DNA of 64,000 nucleotides. It comes from Opitutia bacterium. GTDB taxonomy: Bacteria; Verrucomicrobiota; Verrucomicrobiia; Opitutales; Opitutaceae. Of the stretch, positions 53,118 to 63,133 are shown in pieces. The notes below the pieces were generated by a model, which was not told the DNA's origin, made no database searches, and saw only the letters and a program-made list of their open reading frames with translations. The first letter of the stretch is position 1. Every line of letters begins with the position of its first letter. The position numbers and the translations under genes were made by a program. Where the stretch lies: the NCBI GenBank assembly GCA_947478395.1, contig CANJVR010000002.1, positions 704,001 to 768,000 of the forward strand, read 5' to 3'.

Positions 53118-54059
53118 ATGCGCCATCTTCCCCTCGCCCTTGCCTTCTCCCTTGTCGCCGCCGCCAGCGCAGCTGAACCCGCGAAGCCGACAACCGATCT
53201 CTACGAACTCGGCGCCGACTCGAAACCGCAGGCGGGCGTGCCGAAAGGAAAGGTCACCAAATTCACGATCGTCAGCAAAGTCTACGACGGCTTGACGTTC
53301 ACCTATCAGGTTTACGTCCCTGCGCAGTATGACGGCTCGAAATCCGCGTGCGTCTTCATCGGCCAGGACGGCAACAACTTCGTCCGCGAAATCAACGAGC
53401 AGACCAAACAGCCCGGCGCGTGGCAGGTGCCGGTCGTATTCGACAATCTCATCCACAAAAAGGAAATCCCAGTCACAATCGGAATTTTCATCGACCCGAG
53501 TTCGCAGCAGCAGCGCGCGATGGAATACGACACGCTCTCGGATCGTTACGCGCGTTTCGTAATCGAAGAAGTGCTTCCTGCGGTCGCCCAAACGCACAAG
53601 CTTACGAACGATCCCGAAGGCCGTGCCGTCGCCGGGTATTCTTCCGGCGCCATCTGTGCTTTCACGATGGCGTGGGAACGTCCGGATGCCTTTCGCAAGG
53701 TCGCCAGCTTTTTCGGTAGTTTTACTTCGATTGGCTACCGTCCCGCGCAGGGCGAAAAGCCGCTGCAGCCCGGCGGCGATCTCTACCCCACGCTCATCCG
53801 CCGCTCGCCGATCAAACCGCTCACGATTTTCATCCAGGACGGCTCTAACGACCTGAACAACCAATTCGGCAACTGGTATCTCGCCAACCAGCAAATGGTC
53901 TCCGCGTTCGAGTGGGCCAACGCCAACGCGCGCAATACCACCAACCGCTATCGCGTCCAACACGTCTTCGGCGACGGCGGCCACACCGCGAACCACGGCG
54001 CTTCAATCTTTCCCGACGTCATGCGCTTCCTCTTCAAAGGCTACGAACCGAAGGAGTGA
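53118..54059 (+). CDS. Exported Fes-like alpha/beta-hydrolase esterase
   Basis: Signal peptide, VYVPAQY, VFDNLIH, AGYSSGA. Likely ATG 53118. Confidence 0.85.
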   Translation: MRHLPLALAFSLVAAASAAEPAKPTTDLYELGADSKPQAGVPKGKVTKFTIVSKVYDGLTFTYQVYVPAQYDGSKSACVFIGQDGNNFVREINEQTKQPGAWQVPVVFDNLIHKKEIPVTIGIFIDPSSQQQRAMEYDTLSDRYARFVIEEVLPAVAQTHKLTNDPEGRAVAGYSSGAICAFTMAWERPDAFRKVASFFGSFTSIGYRPAQGEKPLQPGGDLYPTLIRRSPIKPLTIFIQDGSNDLNNQFGNWYLANQQMVSAFEWANANARNTTNRYRVQHVFGDGGHTANHGASIFPDVMRFLFKGYEPKE

Positions 54060-54082
54060 TCACCCGTAATTGAAACGCACCC

Positions 54083-56950
54083 ATGAATCCTAGCATGATC
54101 GCCCCCGCCCGCCTTTTCCGTCTCTTCACCGCCGCCGCCGGCTTGCTCCTTTCAGGCACCCAGGCCCACGCGGCGGAGGCCGCGCCCGCGACGCCCGCTT
54201 CGGCTGAAGGCGAGGCCGCGCCTTCCGTTCCTCATCCGTCCTATCTCTCGCCGGCTGAAAGCGCCGGGCTTGTTCAGCTCCCGCCCGGCTACCACTTGGA
54301 GCTCGTCTTGAGCGAACCCGACATCCGCGAGCCCGTCGTCAGCGTTTTCGATGGCAACGGTCGCCTCTACGTCGCGGAGATGCGTTCCTACATGCAAGAC
54401 GCCGACGCCACCAACGAGAAAGCGCGCACAAGCCGGGTATCGCTGCACTGGTCATCCAAGGGCGACGGTCACTACGACAAGCATTCCGTGTTCGTCGACA
54501 ACCTGCTGCTCCCGCGTATGATTCTGCCGCTGAAAGACAGCGTCCTGATCCAGGAAACCGATACAGGGGACGTCTACGAATATCGCGACACGAATAACGA
54601 CGGCGTCTCCGACGAGAAGAAACTTTTCTTCAGCTTTGAACCCCGCTCCGGCCAAAACCTCGAACACCAGCCCAGCGGTTTGATTTGGGCGCAGGACAAC
54701 TGGATTTATTCAACCTACAACGCCCTCCGCATTCGCTGGACTCCGAACGGCGTCGTGAAGGAACCCACCGCACCCAACGGCGGCCAGTGGGGCCTCGCGC
54801 AGGACAACTACGGCAAGACCTTTGTCGTCAATGCCGGTAACGAAAACGGCCCGAGTAATTTTCAACAGCCGATCGTCTACGGCGCATTTAAAATGCGCGA
54901 CGAGATTTCGCCCGACTTCCGGGAAGTTTTCCCGCTCGTCGGCCTCGCCGACGTGCAGGGCGGCACGCTGCGTTTCCGCCCCGTCGAGAAAACCCTCAAT
55001 CACACCACCTCCTCCGCCGGCGTCGAAATCTATCGCGGCGATCGCCTGCCCGCCGATCTGGCCGGAGATATGTTGTTTGGCGAGCCAGTCGGCCGGCTCA
55101 TCCGCCGCGCGAAAATCGAGGTAAAGGATGGCGTCACCAAGCTCCGCAACGCCTACGAAAAGAGCGAATTCATCCGCTCCTCCGATCCCTTTTTCCGCCC
55201 CGTGAATCTCCTCACCGGCCCCGATGGCACGATCTACATCACCGACATGTATCGTGGTATCATCCAAGAGGGAAACTGGACCCGCAAAGGCGCCTATCTC
55301 CGCACCGTTATCGACCAATACGGCATGGCCGAAAAAATCGGCGGCGGCCGCATCTGGCGCCTCGTCTACGATGGCATGGCCCCCGGCCCCCAGCCGCACA
55401 TGCTCGATGAGAAACCGGCTCAGCTTGTCGCCCACCTCAGCCACCCTAACGGCTGGTGGCGCGATACCGCACAGAAGCTCCTTATTCTCCAACAGGACAA
55501 GTCCGTCGTGCCCGCTTTGACCGCTCTGGCGCGTACGTCCGCCAATCCCCTCGCCCGCATTCACGCGCTCTGGACCCTCGAGGGTCTCGACGCACTCGAC
55601 GCTCCGCTCCTGCGCGAAAAAATGAAGGACTCGGATCCTCATGTACGCGTCGCCGCCATCCGCGCGAGCGAGACGCTGCTCAAGCAAGGCAACGATTCGC
55701 TGAAGGCCGACGTGCTGGCGCAGTGCAAAGATTCCGATCCCAACGTGGCCATCCAAGGCATGCTAACCAGCGATCTGCTGAAATGGCCGGAGGCAAAAAC
55801 GCTCATCCCAAAAGCCGCGATTTCCAACCCGGTCGCCGGCGTAAAGGAAATCGCCTCGCAATTGCTCAACCCCATCGGCGGCTCGATCGGCGCGCAATTC
55901 ACCGGCCCACAGCGCGTCCTGCTTGAGCGCGGCCAGCAGATTTTTCTCGAACTTTGTTTCGCGTGCCACGGTCTCGACGGCAAAGGCACGCCCATCGACG
56001 GCAAGGCCGCCACGCTCGCGCCCCCGCTCGCCGGCTCCGACACCGCGATGCTCCATCGCGACGCGATCATCAACACACTGCTCCACGGTATCGCCGGCCC
56101 CATCAAAGGAGCCGCCTACGAGGCCCAAATGGCCCCCATGGGCGCCAACGATGATACATGGATCGCGTCCGTAGCTTCCTACGTTCGCACCAGCTTCGGC
56201 AATCAAGCGCTGCCGGTAACAACGCAGGATGTCGTTCGGGTCCGGGCCGCGAACCCCAATCGCAAAGACGCATGGACGATTGCCGACCTTCAACAGCGCG
56301 TGCCCCAGCCGCTCGCCAATCAGGCCGCATGGAAGTTGACCTCGAATCGCGCGGTCACGACCGGCTCCGAACCGACCGTGGGCAATGTCGCACTGAGCTT
56401 CACCGTCCCCGCGGCGCAAATGATGGGAGCGTGGTTGCAAATTGAACTGCCGGAAAAGACCTCGCTCACCGAGGTGCGGATCAACTCGGTGAAGTCGCCC
56501 CGCAATTATATGCGCGGCTACAAAGTCGAGTTGTCGTCGGACGGCGAAGCGTGGGGCGAACCCGTCGCCACCGGCCGCGGCACTGGCCCGATCATCGAGG
56601 CTTCGTTCACGCCAACCGAGGCGAAATTTATCCGCATCACCCAGACGCAGGCCGCGGTCCAATTCGGGCGCGGCGGCGGCGCTCGCGGGGCGCCCACGGA
56701 TGGCAGTGCTGCTGCCGCTCCAGGTGCCACTTCTAATCCTCCAGCGGCGGTTGGACCCGTCGGTGGCACCGCCCAAACTCCCGCACCCACTGGCGCAATC
56801 GCCGCGGGCGCCGATGCGCCACGGGGTGGTGGCGGTGGGGGCGTTCCATTCGGCGGCGGAGGTCCCGGCGGAGCGGCACCCGCGTGGACGGTGGACGACG
56901 TGATCCTCTTCCGCGCCACCGCACCGATCTCACTCTCCTCGGTGCCTTAA
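54083..56950 (+). CDS. PVC-type beta-propeller/HEAT/cytochrome c protein with a discoidin-like domain
   Basis: LPPGYHLELVLSEP, FRPVNL..GPDG.IY, HEAT repeats (ARIHALWTLEGL), heme motif CFACH, WLQIEL..YKVELSSDG..W. Confidence 0.85.
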   Translation: MNPSMIAPARLFRLFTAAAGLLLSGTQAHAAEAAPATPASAEGEAAPSVPHPSYLSPAESAGLVQLPPGYHLELVLSEPDIREPVVSVFDGNGRLYVAEMRSYMQDADATNEKARTSRVSLHWSSKGDGHYDKHSVFVDNLLLPRMILPLKDSVLIQETDTGDVYEYRDTNNDGVSDEKKLFFSFEPRSGQNLEHQPSGLIWAQDNWIYSTYNALRIRWTPNGVVKEPTAPNGGQWGLAQDNYGKTFVVNAGNENGPSNFQQPIVYGAFKMRDEISPDFREVFPLVGLADVQGGTLRFRPVEKTLNHTTSSAGVEIYRGDRLPADLAGDMLFGEPVGRLIRRAKIEVKDGVTKLRNAYEKSEFIRSSDPFFRPVNLLTGPDGTIYITDMYRGIIQEGNWTRKGAYLRTVIDQYGMAEKIGGGRIWRLVYDGMAPGPQPHMLDEKPAQLVAHLSHPNGWWRDTAQKLLILQQDKSVVPALTALARTSANPLARIHALWTLEGLDALDAPLLREKMKDSDPHVRVAAIRASETLLKQGNDSLKADVLAQCKDSDPNVAIQGMLTSDLLKWPEAKTLIPKAAISNPVAGVKEIASQLLNPIGGSIGAQFTGPQRVLLERGQQIFLELCFACHGLDGKGTPIDGKAATLAPPLAGSDTAMLHRDAIINTLLHGIAGPIKGAAYEAQMAPMGANDDTWIASVASYVRTSFGNQALPVTTQDVVRVRAANPNRKDAWTIADLQQRVPQPLANQAAWKLTSNRAVTTGSEPTVGNVALSFTVPAAQMMGAWLQIELPEKTSLTEVRINSVKSPRNYMRGYKVELSSDGEAWGEPVATGRGTGPIIEASFTPTEAKFIRITQTQAAVQFGRGGGARGAPTDGSAAAAPGATSNPPAAVGPVGGTAQTPAPTGAIAAGADAPRGGGGGGVPFGGGGPGGAAPAWTVDDVILFRATAPISLSSVP

Positions 56951-56980
56951 CGGGCGAAGCGCCCGACGATGCCTCAAAAC

Positions 56981-57010
56981 AAAAAGCGCGGCGCGACCTG
57001 CGCTTTTTTT
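56981..57010. terminator. Bidirectional terminator between convergent genes
   Basis: AAAAAGCGC...GCGCTTTTTTT. Confidence 0.65.
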
Positions 57011-57029
57011 GTACAATTTCGCAACCCAA

Positions 57030-59201
57030 TCAGCGTGGCTTCGCAGCGGCGTCGGGTTGACCCGCGACGAAGCCGCTGACCTTGAGCCACCGCACCATCA
57101 GATCCGGCCACTGGCCGAGTTGAGGGTCGCCGAGCGACATGCTCGTGCCGTGCGGACCGACTTGATAAAAATGAGCTTCGACGGGCACGCCGGCCGCGCG
57201 GACTGCGTTCATCACGGAAACCTCCACGTTCATATGCGAGGCATCCTCGATCGTATTAAATAAAAATGTCGGCGGCGCTTCGGCCGGATGCTGCAAATTG
57301 CGGCCCCCGTAGATGAGCGCGCTGAAATTCGCCCGCGCCGAAACGCGATCGATCGGATCGGCGGCACTGGGATCGGCGGCCCCGATGTTATTGTAGAACG
57401 CGTCTCCCTCGAGCTCCGCACCAGCGGAAAAGCCGATGATGCCGATGCGGTCCGGCGTGATGCCATACTCGGCCGCATGAGCGCGAATGTAGCGCATCCC
57501 ACGCTGGCCATCCATCGTGGAGATATTGCGCGCGGGATAATTGGGCCCGATCCGGTAGCGCAAAACGAAGCCGCCGATCCCATGCTGGTTCAGAAATTTA
57601 GCGATCTGCACACCTTCGTTGTCCATCCCGCGGTTCGTGAATGCGCCACCGGGGATAACAAGAAAGGCGAGCCCGGTGTTATGGCTGGCGGGCGCGGGAA
57701 ACGCGTAGAGGGCGGGCTTGTCCTCGTCGGTGAACCCGCCGTTGGCGTCGGGGAGCGCACCCGGCGCGCCGTTGGGCCAGAGGAGAATCGGCGCTGGAAT
57801 CCCGGCTATCGGTGCGGCGCCGGCCTGCTTGATCTGCTCGACGTAGGCAACTTGGCCCGGGTTTTTAGGACCGCCGAGGATTCCGCCGACCGCTTCCGCG
57901 TCATTCGCCGGCGGAAGGACCACGGCATTCGCCGCGCTGAAGACCTCAATTTTCAAATCCATGTTGGCGTCCGCGCCGGGTTTGATTTCGACGATGTAGT
58001 CGTCCGTGTCGGTCGGGTGAACTTTGGTAAAGGACCGTTGGTCGTCGATGCTCGGCGCCAGCACGCGATGATGGCCAAAATAAGCCTGCTCGGGGGTCGG
58101 CATACCGCGGGCATTGACGAGATCGCCGCTGAACGAGTTGCTCAGCCAGCGGTTCATGTTCTGCCGCACGTCGACCTTGTAGCGACCAGCAACAGGACCT
58201 TGACCAGCCGGAAGCGAGAATTGGCCAATCGCGATACCCGCCGTGGAGTTAATCACGCGGCCCACTACCGGACCGGCGCCGACAGAATCAACCGGCGTGA
58301 AAATCACATAACCATGCGGCAGCGGCCGGCCGTCAAGGTAAGCCATGCCCTTGATCGGCAGGCGCGGCGCAGCGGTGAGAAATCCACCAAACCGCGCCCA
58401 CGTGTAAAACATTTCAGGCCAAGTCCCGAGTGAGAGATTGTCCAACGCGAGGCCGGCCTGGGCATCCGCTTTCGCGAAAAAGTGGGCATCGACCGAAGCG
58501 CGCGCGGCGCGAAGTTTGGTCCAGAGATCGATCATGCCCGTCAGGTTGCCACCGGAGTTCGTGGAACCGACGAGGAAGGTCGGAGGCACCAGCGGCGTGA
58601 CGGCAACGGGAAGCGCAGAGCCCCAAACGAGCGCCAGAAAATCAGGGCGACTTGAAACTTTATCCACCGGATCGCTCGCGTCCGCCTTGGCCTCGACTTG
58701 ATGGTTGAAAGCGGCGTCGGCCTGCACCTCCGCGCCATTGGCGAAGCCGAGGGCCGCGATGCGATCGGGGGCGATCTTGAAGTCCGCGGCATGAGCGCGG
58801 AGATATTGAACCGCGCGATTTACGTCGGTAATCGCGGCGGATCGATCGTAAGGCTGGATGCGATACCGGAGCACAAATCCGGCGATGCCGCGATCGTTGA
58901 GCCATTTCGCCAGCGGTACGCCCTCAGCGTCGATGCGGCGCGAAGTGAAGCCGCCACCAGAGACGATCAGCACGGCGGCGCCGGTGTTTTTGACCGCGGC
59001 CGGCAGAAACGGATAGACCGCAGGTTGGTCATTATCGGATGAGCCCCTGGCGTCGGGCGCACCCGCGGGCCACAAGAGCACCGGAGCCGGCAGCGCGGGC
59101 GATGATGCGGCCGAGGCGGTCGGCAACATCGCAAATGGGCTGCTGATCGCGATGGCCAAAGCCATCAGACGGATACTTGGGGAGTCGTGACGGGATATCA
59201 T
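57030..59201 (-). CDS. Exported protein with two alpha/beta-hydrolase (xylan-esterase-like) domains and a central beta-sandwich
   Basis: Duplicated LLWP.GAP.A, GG.FT.R..D.EG..AK.LN..GI.GFVLRYRI and PPTFL blocks. Confidence 0.85.
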   Translation of the reverse strand: MISRHDSPSIRLMALAIAISSPFAMLPTASAASSPALPAPVLLWPAGAPDARGSSDNDQPAVYPFLPAAVKNTGAAVLIVSGGGFTSRRIDAEGVPLAKWLNDRGIAGFVLRYRIQPYDRSAAITDVNRAVQYLRAHAADFKIAPDRIAALGFANGAEVQADAAFNHQVEAKADASDPVDKVSSRPDFLALVWGSALPVAVTPLVPPTFLVGSTNSGGNLTGMIDLWTKLRAARASVDAHFFAKADAQAGLALDNLSLGTWPEMFYTWARFGGFLTAAPRLPIKGMAYLDGRPLPHGYVIFTPVDSVGAGPVVGRVINSTAGIAIGQFSLPAGQGPVAGRYKVDVRQNMNRWLSNSFSGDLVNARGMPTPEQAYFGHHRVLAPSIDDQRSFTKVHPTDTDDYIVEIKPGADANMDLKIEVFSAANAVVLPPANDAEAVGGILGGPKNPGQVAYVEQIKQAGAAPIAGIPAPILLWPNGAPGALPDANGGFTDEDKPALYAFPAPASHNTGLAFLVIPGGAFTNRGMDNEGVQIAKFLNQHGIGGFVLRYRIGPNYPARNISTMDGQRGMRYIRAHAAEYGITPDRIGIIGFSAGAELEGDAFYNNIGAADPSAADPIDRVSARANFSALIYGGRNLQHPAEAPPTFLFNTIEDASHMNVEVSVMNAVRAAGVPVEAHFYQVGPHGTSMSLGDPQLGQWPDLMVRWLKVSGFVAGQPDAAAKPR

Positions 59202-59370
59202 ATCGGCAAGGGGTTTTGATCGTGGGCCAACGAGGCGCAGCCCGAGGTTTGGGATGAATTACAAAACTTATCAAGCGACGCGGAGCGTTTAGCCCGGTCC
59301 ATGTCTCGCGTTGATTGATCTGGGTTTTTCAGCGCACCCGTTCCGGTGACAGCCGGCGTCCCGCCAAAAC

Positions 59371-59402
59371 AAAAAAGAGCCCGGCGGGATGCGCCGGGCT
59401 CT
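59371..59402 (-). terminator. Intrinsic terminator of the second TonB receptor gene
   Basis: Minus strand reads AGAGCCCGGCG-CATCC-CGCCGGGCTCT then a T-run. Confidence 0.8.
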
Positions 59403-59431
59403 GGATAAAAAACGACTGACCCGATCTTGGG

Positions 59432-62400
59432 TTAGAAGTTGACGGTGGTCGTGAACGTAAACTTGCGCGGATCAGGGTTAACGAAGCTAGCCAGGATCTG
59501 GCTGCGCGCGTTGCCCGCGAACAAGGCATTCTGCGTGAGCGTTAGGTAAGCGTTGCCCGTGTTACCAGAGGGGCCGGAACGGCCCCAGATTGGATCCCGA
59601 CTATCCAGCACGTTCGTGACGTTGAGCTGGAAACGGTACTGGTACTTGCCAATGCGCGTCGTGTAGTTCGCTCCGGCCACGACCCCGGACTTCCAGTTGG
59701 GTGGAACCCACAGGTAGTCGTAGGCCGCCGCGGTGTTTTGCGCAACCGTGGGCGTGGTCGTATTGAACTTCAGTTGGGGATCGAGGCTGCCGCTCTTCTG
59801 GTGGCTGCGATACTGGACGCCCCCGTTCAAGGCCAAGCCCTTGAGCGGCCCGCCGGAGAACCGATACCGGCCCGTGACGTTGATGCGGTGGGTGGTGGTA
59901 CCGTTGTCCAGCGTTCCCGTCGTCAGACCTAGGAGGCTGTTATCGATGCTCGTAAGAGCGGTGGCGATTGTACCCGGATCGAGGATCGTGCGACCGTTCA
60001 GGCTGCTGCCGGCAGCAGCCTTGGCACCGGCTTCCCACTCGGCGCGATTCTTGGCGACGTACGCTTTACGCGCTTCACTTTCGCTGAGGACGTAAGTGAG
60101 CGGATGGCTGTAGTTGATCGACAGGGTGATCTCACGAGTCGGGTTCGCCGTCAGTTCGGCTTCCCAACCCTCGAGTCGGCGTGAACTGGGGTCCGAATAC
60201 GCGAATCCGGAGCCCGTAGTCGTTGTGATCAGCTTGGGATCGGTGTAACCGAGATTGAGCCAGATGTTGGCGATGTCGCCAGCGCTACCGAAGCCAGAGG
60301 CAATGTCGCGCTGCGTCGTCTTATAGTGAGACACGGTCAAATAGGCGACCCCGTTTGGAACGGAGTAGCGGAGGCCGTAGTCCTTGGTCTCGGAGCGCGT
60401 CAGCGGAGGTTCCGCGCCGCTGAGGAGCGGGTTCAGAGCGCCACTGTTGGGAACTTGAGTGTTTTCTGCGATATTCACCACGAAGCCGAGCGGGGACAGA
60501 AGCGTCTTCATGAGGCCTCCGCTCTGGAATTGGAACGGATAGGTGACCAAACCGTAGGCGACCGAGGTCGGATCGGCCTTTCGAGTCAGCGCTTTGCCGG
60601 CAATACCGTCCGTGCCGAGCACGTTCGTGTAGGTGGCTGTATTTGCCAGAGTGAGCGCCGCAATACGTGATCGGTTCGCCACGCTGCTTTGGGTTTTGCT
60701 GAAGCTGCCGGTCAGCACGAGCTTCTCGTTGAAGAAGGCGCTTTGACTGGTCACCGAGGCTTGCTTGATGGTGCGCTCAGTGATCGCGCCGCCGGTGTCT
60801 ACGTATTTCCAGGTGCCTGTTGATACCACCTTGTTGGGGTCGGTCAGGAGTTTAGATAGAGCGGGACGGGGATCGTTCCAATAGACGCGGTAAAAAAACT
60901 TATTCGCATTGTTGAAAGGATCGATGCTCGTAACCCCGCTCGTAGTCGTCGGGTTGTCGACCCGACGCCAAGCGCTGGTGCGATTTTCACCGACCCTCTT
61001 GTTACTGCTGACGTTGACACTAACCTGCTGCTTATAGTCCCACCAGCGCGGGACAAAGAATCGATAGCTGGCCAAACCGTTGATCTCCTTGGTCGCGTCC
61101 TCGCTGTAGAGATTGTTCTGCTCAACGTCGGTAAAGGGCTGGAGAAACCGGGGATTAAGCTGTCCGTCCGGCAGCAGCTTGTTGACATCAAGGATTAAGG
61201 CGTTGGCGCTGAGATTCGACCAAATGGTATTGTTGTCGAAGTTGTTGGTCGAAACGCCCATACGGAGGAAAAGATTGCCGACGCGGTGCTCGAGATTGAT
61301 TGAACCGGTATCGGTGTCACGCGCGGCGACGTTGTCCTTCGGCGCGGCTTTGAATCGCGGGTCGATATTCCGGATTGACGCCCGGCGCGCCGGCACGGCG
61401 AGAAGGTAGGGATTTCCGACGTAGGGGATACGCATGGCGTTGCCGCTGTAGATCAAGCCGCGGGTGCGGTATTGATTGCCGCCATAATCCATCATACTGT
61501 TTGTCGCAAAATTGTAGACGAACATATTGGGCGCGCTGCCGTTGGCTCCCACCGTCAGACGCTCAAGGCCCTGAGCGTTGAGCAGGGTGGCGTTGTTGGT
61601 CAGCAGCGCCGAATTATCGTTGTTGATGGTGGCACCGTCCCAGAGGTTTTGGGTGTCGCCATTGGTAATCGACCAAAGCGAATTCCACTCGTTGGCCCGC
61701 TCGTACTCGAAGGTAATCTGGGTGTTCTTGGTCAATTTCCCGACAACATTCATCGTCCACGCTTTCTTGATTTTGTCCGTGCCGGATTGAAAGCCGGGAG
61801 CATTTTGATAGAGGGCGTTGAAACGCAGGCCAACGCGGTCCCAGCCCTTAGAGTAATCGAAGGTTCCACGGTAGCCATTCCACGAGTCCACTTGGGTGGT
61901 CACATTTGTCTGCGTCCGATTGAAGGTCGCCTTCTTGCTCGAACTTCCTTGCCGCCCGCCGGGACCACCGTCGCCGAACATCGAGGTATCCGGGCCACGT
62001 TGGAATTCGAAGCGCTCGGTGTTGTAACTGTCCGCCGCACCGAAGTTGACCGCGCCGTTGCGAGTCGGGAAGTTGTCGGCGGGAGACGCACCGCGCACGA
62101 TGTTTTGGTACACACTCGTCGAAGACGGATCGGAATTCGGTACGGAAACACCAAGGTCGAATCCGATGCTGAAACCACCCGCCTGGTTCATGTCGGTGAT
62201 GTTGAAGTCGTCCATGAACTCCTTCGTCATAACCGAAATAGAGCCTGGAGTAGTCGCGAGCGGTGTATCGACGCGTCCACCGGAGAGGGTGTTACCCGCA
62301 GCGTAGCCTACGTCCTTGTCGGTACTCACCTGAAAGGGAGTGAGGACGATCGTCTCACTTGCCTTCGATGGGGTAGGCGCCGCGGTCGCAGCATTTGGCT

Positions 62401-62524
62401 TGGCAGGCGTGGTGCTCGCGTCAGCCGGAGCAGTCTGGGCCGTCGCCACAGAGAAGATGGCACTCATAGCGCCAACGAGGAGAATACAGCGGCAGAGCGC
62501 CGCCGATCGGTTTGGGGGAGTCAT
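59432..62524 (-). CDS. TonB-dependent receptor
   Basis: Signal peptide, IVLTPFQVSTDKDVGY, ISVMTKEFMDD, C-terminal FQLNVTNV...DPRKFTFTTTVNF. Confidence 0.92.
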   Translation of the reverse strand: MTPPNRSAALCRCILLVGAMSAIFSVATAQTAPADASTTPAKPNAATAAPTPSKASETIVLTPFQVSTDKDVGYAAGNTLSGGRVDTPLATTPGSISVMTKEFMDDFNITDMNQAGGFSIGFDLGVSVPNSDPSSTSVYQNIVRGASPADNFPTRNGAVNFGAADSYNTERFEFQRGPDTSMFGDGGPGGRQGSSSKKATFNRTQTNVTTQVDSWNGYRGTFDYSKGWDRVGLRFNALYQNAPGFQSGTDKIKKAWTMNVVGKLTKNTQITFEYERANEWNSLWSITNGDTQNLWDGATINNDNSALLTNNATLLNAQGLERLTVGANGSAPNMFVYNFATNSMMDYGGNQYRTRGLIYSGNAMRIPYVGNPYLLAVPARRASIRNIDPRFKAAPKDNVAARDTDTGSINLEHRVGNLFLRMGVSTNNFDNNTIWSNLSANALILDVNKLLPDGQLNPRFLQPFTDVEQNNLYSEDATKEINGLASYRFFVPRWWDYKQQVSVNVSSNKRVGENRTSAWRRVDNPTTTSGVTSIDPFNNANKFFYRVYWNDPRPALSKLLTDPNKVVSTGTWKYVDTGGAITERTIKQASVTSQSAFFNEKLVLTGSFSKTQSSVANRSRIAALTLANTATYTNVLGTDGIAGKALTRKADPTSVAYGLVTYPFQFQSGGLMKTLLSPLGFVVNIAENTQVPNSGALNPLLSGAEPPLTRSETKDYGLRYSVPNGVAYLTVSHYKTTQRDIASGFGSAGDIANIWLNLGYTDPKLITTTTGSGFAYSDPSSRRLEGWEAELTANPTREITLSINYSHPLTYVLSESEARKAYVAKNRAEWEAGAKAAAGSSLNGRTILDPGTIATALTSIDNSLLGLTTGTLDNGTTTHRINVTGRYRFSGGPLKGLALNGGVQYRSHQKSGSLDPQLKFNTTTPTVAQNTAAAYDYLWVPPNWKSGVVAGANYTTRIGKYQYRFQLNVTNVLDSRDPIWGRSGPSGNTGNAYLTLTQNALFAGNARSQILASFVNPDPRKFTFTTTVNF

Positions 62525-63133
62525 AGTTTAGGTGGAACGAAGAAACTGTTCAAACGGGACGCTGACAGGTGAAGAACAACCTTTACAGCGCTTGCATTGG
62601 GGTGGGCGCGCTGCGAAGGCCGATCAGTTCAGCGACTGCTTTTAGGCAGACCGGGTATGAGGACCCGCCTCGGCTACCGATAACAATCCGGCATTGGTAT
62701 TACCCTGAACTATGCCTTTTGTAATAGCTCAGGTCGGGCAGCTGCTTGAGGCTTAAGCCGTCAACGTTCCGGAGAAAAATCAGCGTACGAATCCAAACGT
62801 AAAGGTCGCTGCGAAAAGAATAGGCGGACTCCTCAAGGCGAGATCAACGCTGCTGAACTACGACCTGCACTCGTGAAACCGTGAGGCCGCACACGGCGAT
62901 TCAGGGGCTATGGCTGTAGTCATATCCAAAGATATGCCATATGATTCCTTCACGGCTTCGGGGACGCTGTGTCAGAGATTCTCCCTCACGCTCGTGGGTC
63001 GAACAGTCACTGCATGTGGCCTTTTCTCGCGTCCACGCGACTCAAACACATTTCGCCCCACCATTTCCACCCCCCCCGCCGATTCGGCCGGGATGCGGCA
63101 GGAAAGCCGCCTTCCGGACCCGACGTTCAGAGC

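Noticed and set aside
62693..62706. FadR/GntR-like operator ATTGGTATTACCCT upstream of the second TonB receptor
   Set aside because: Single short imperfect palindrome with no regulator nearby; not distinguishable from chance.
62525..63133. Cobalamin or other riboswitch in the long intergenic region
   Set aside because: No conserved aptamer motifs could be recognised by eye; an Rfam scan would be needed.
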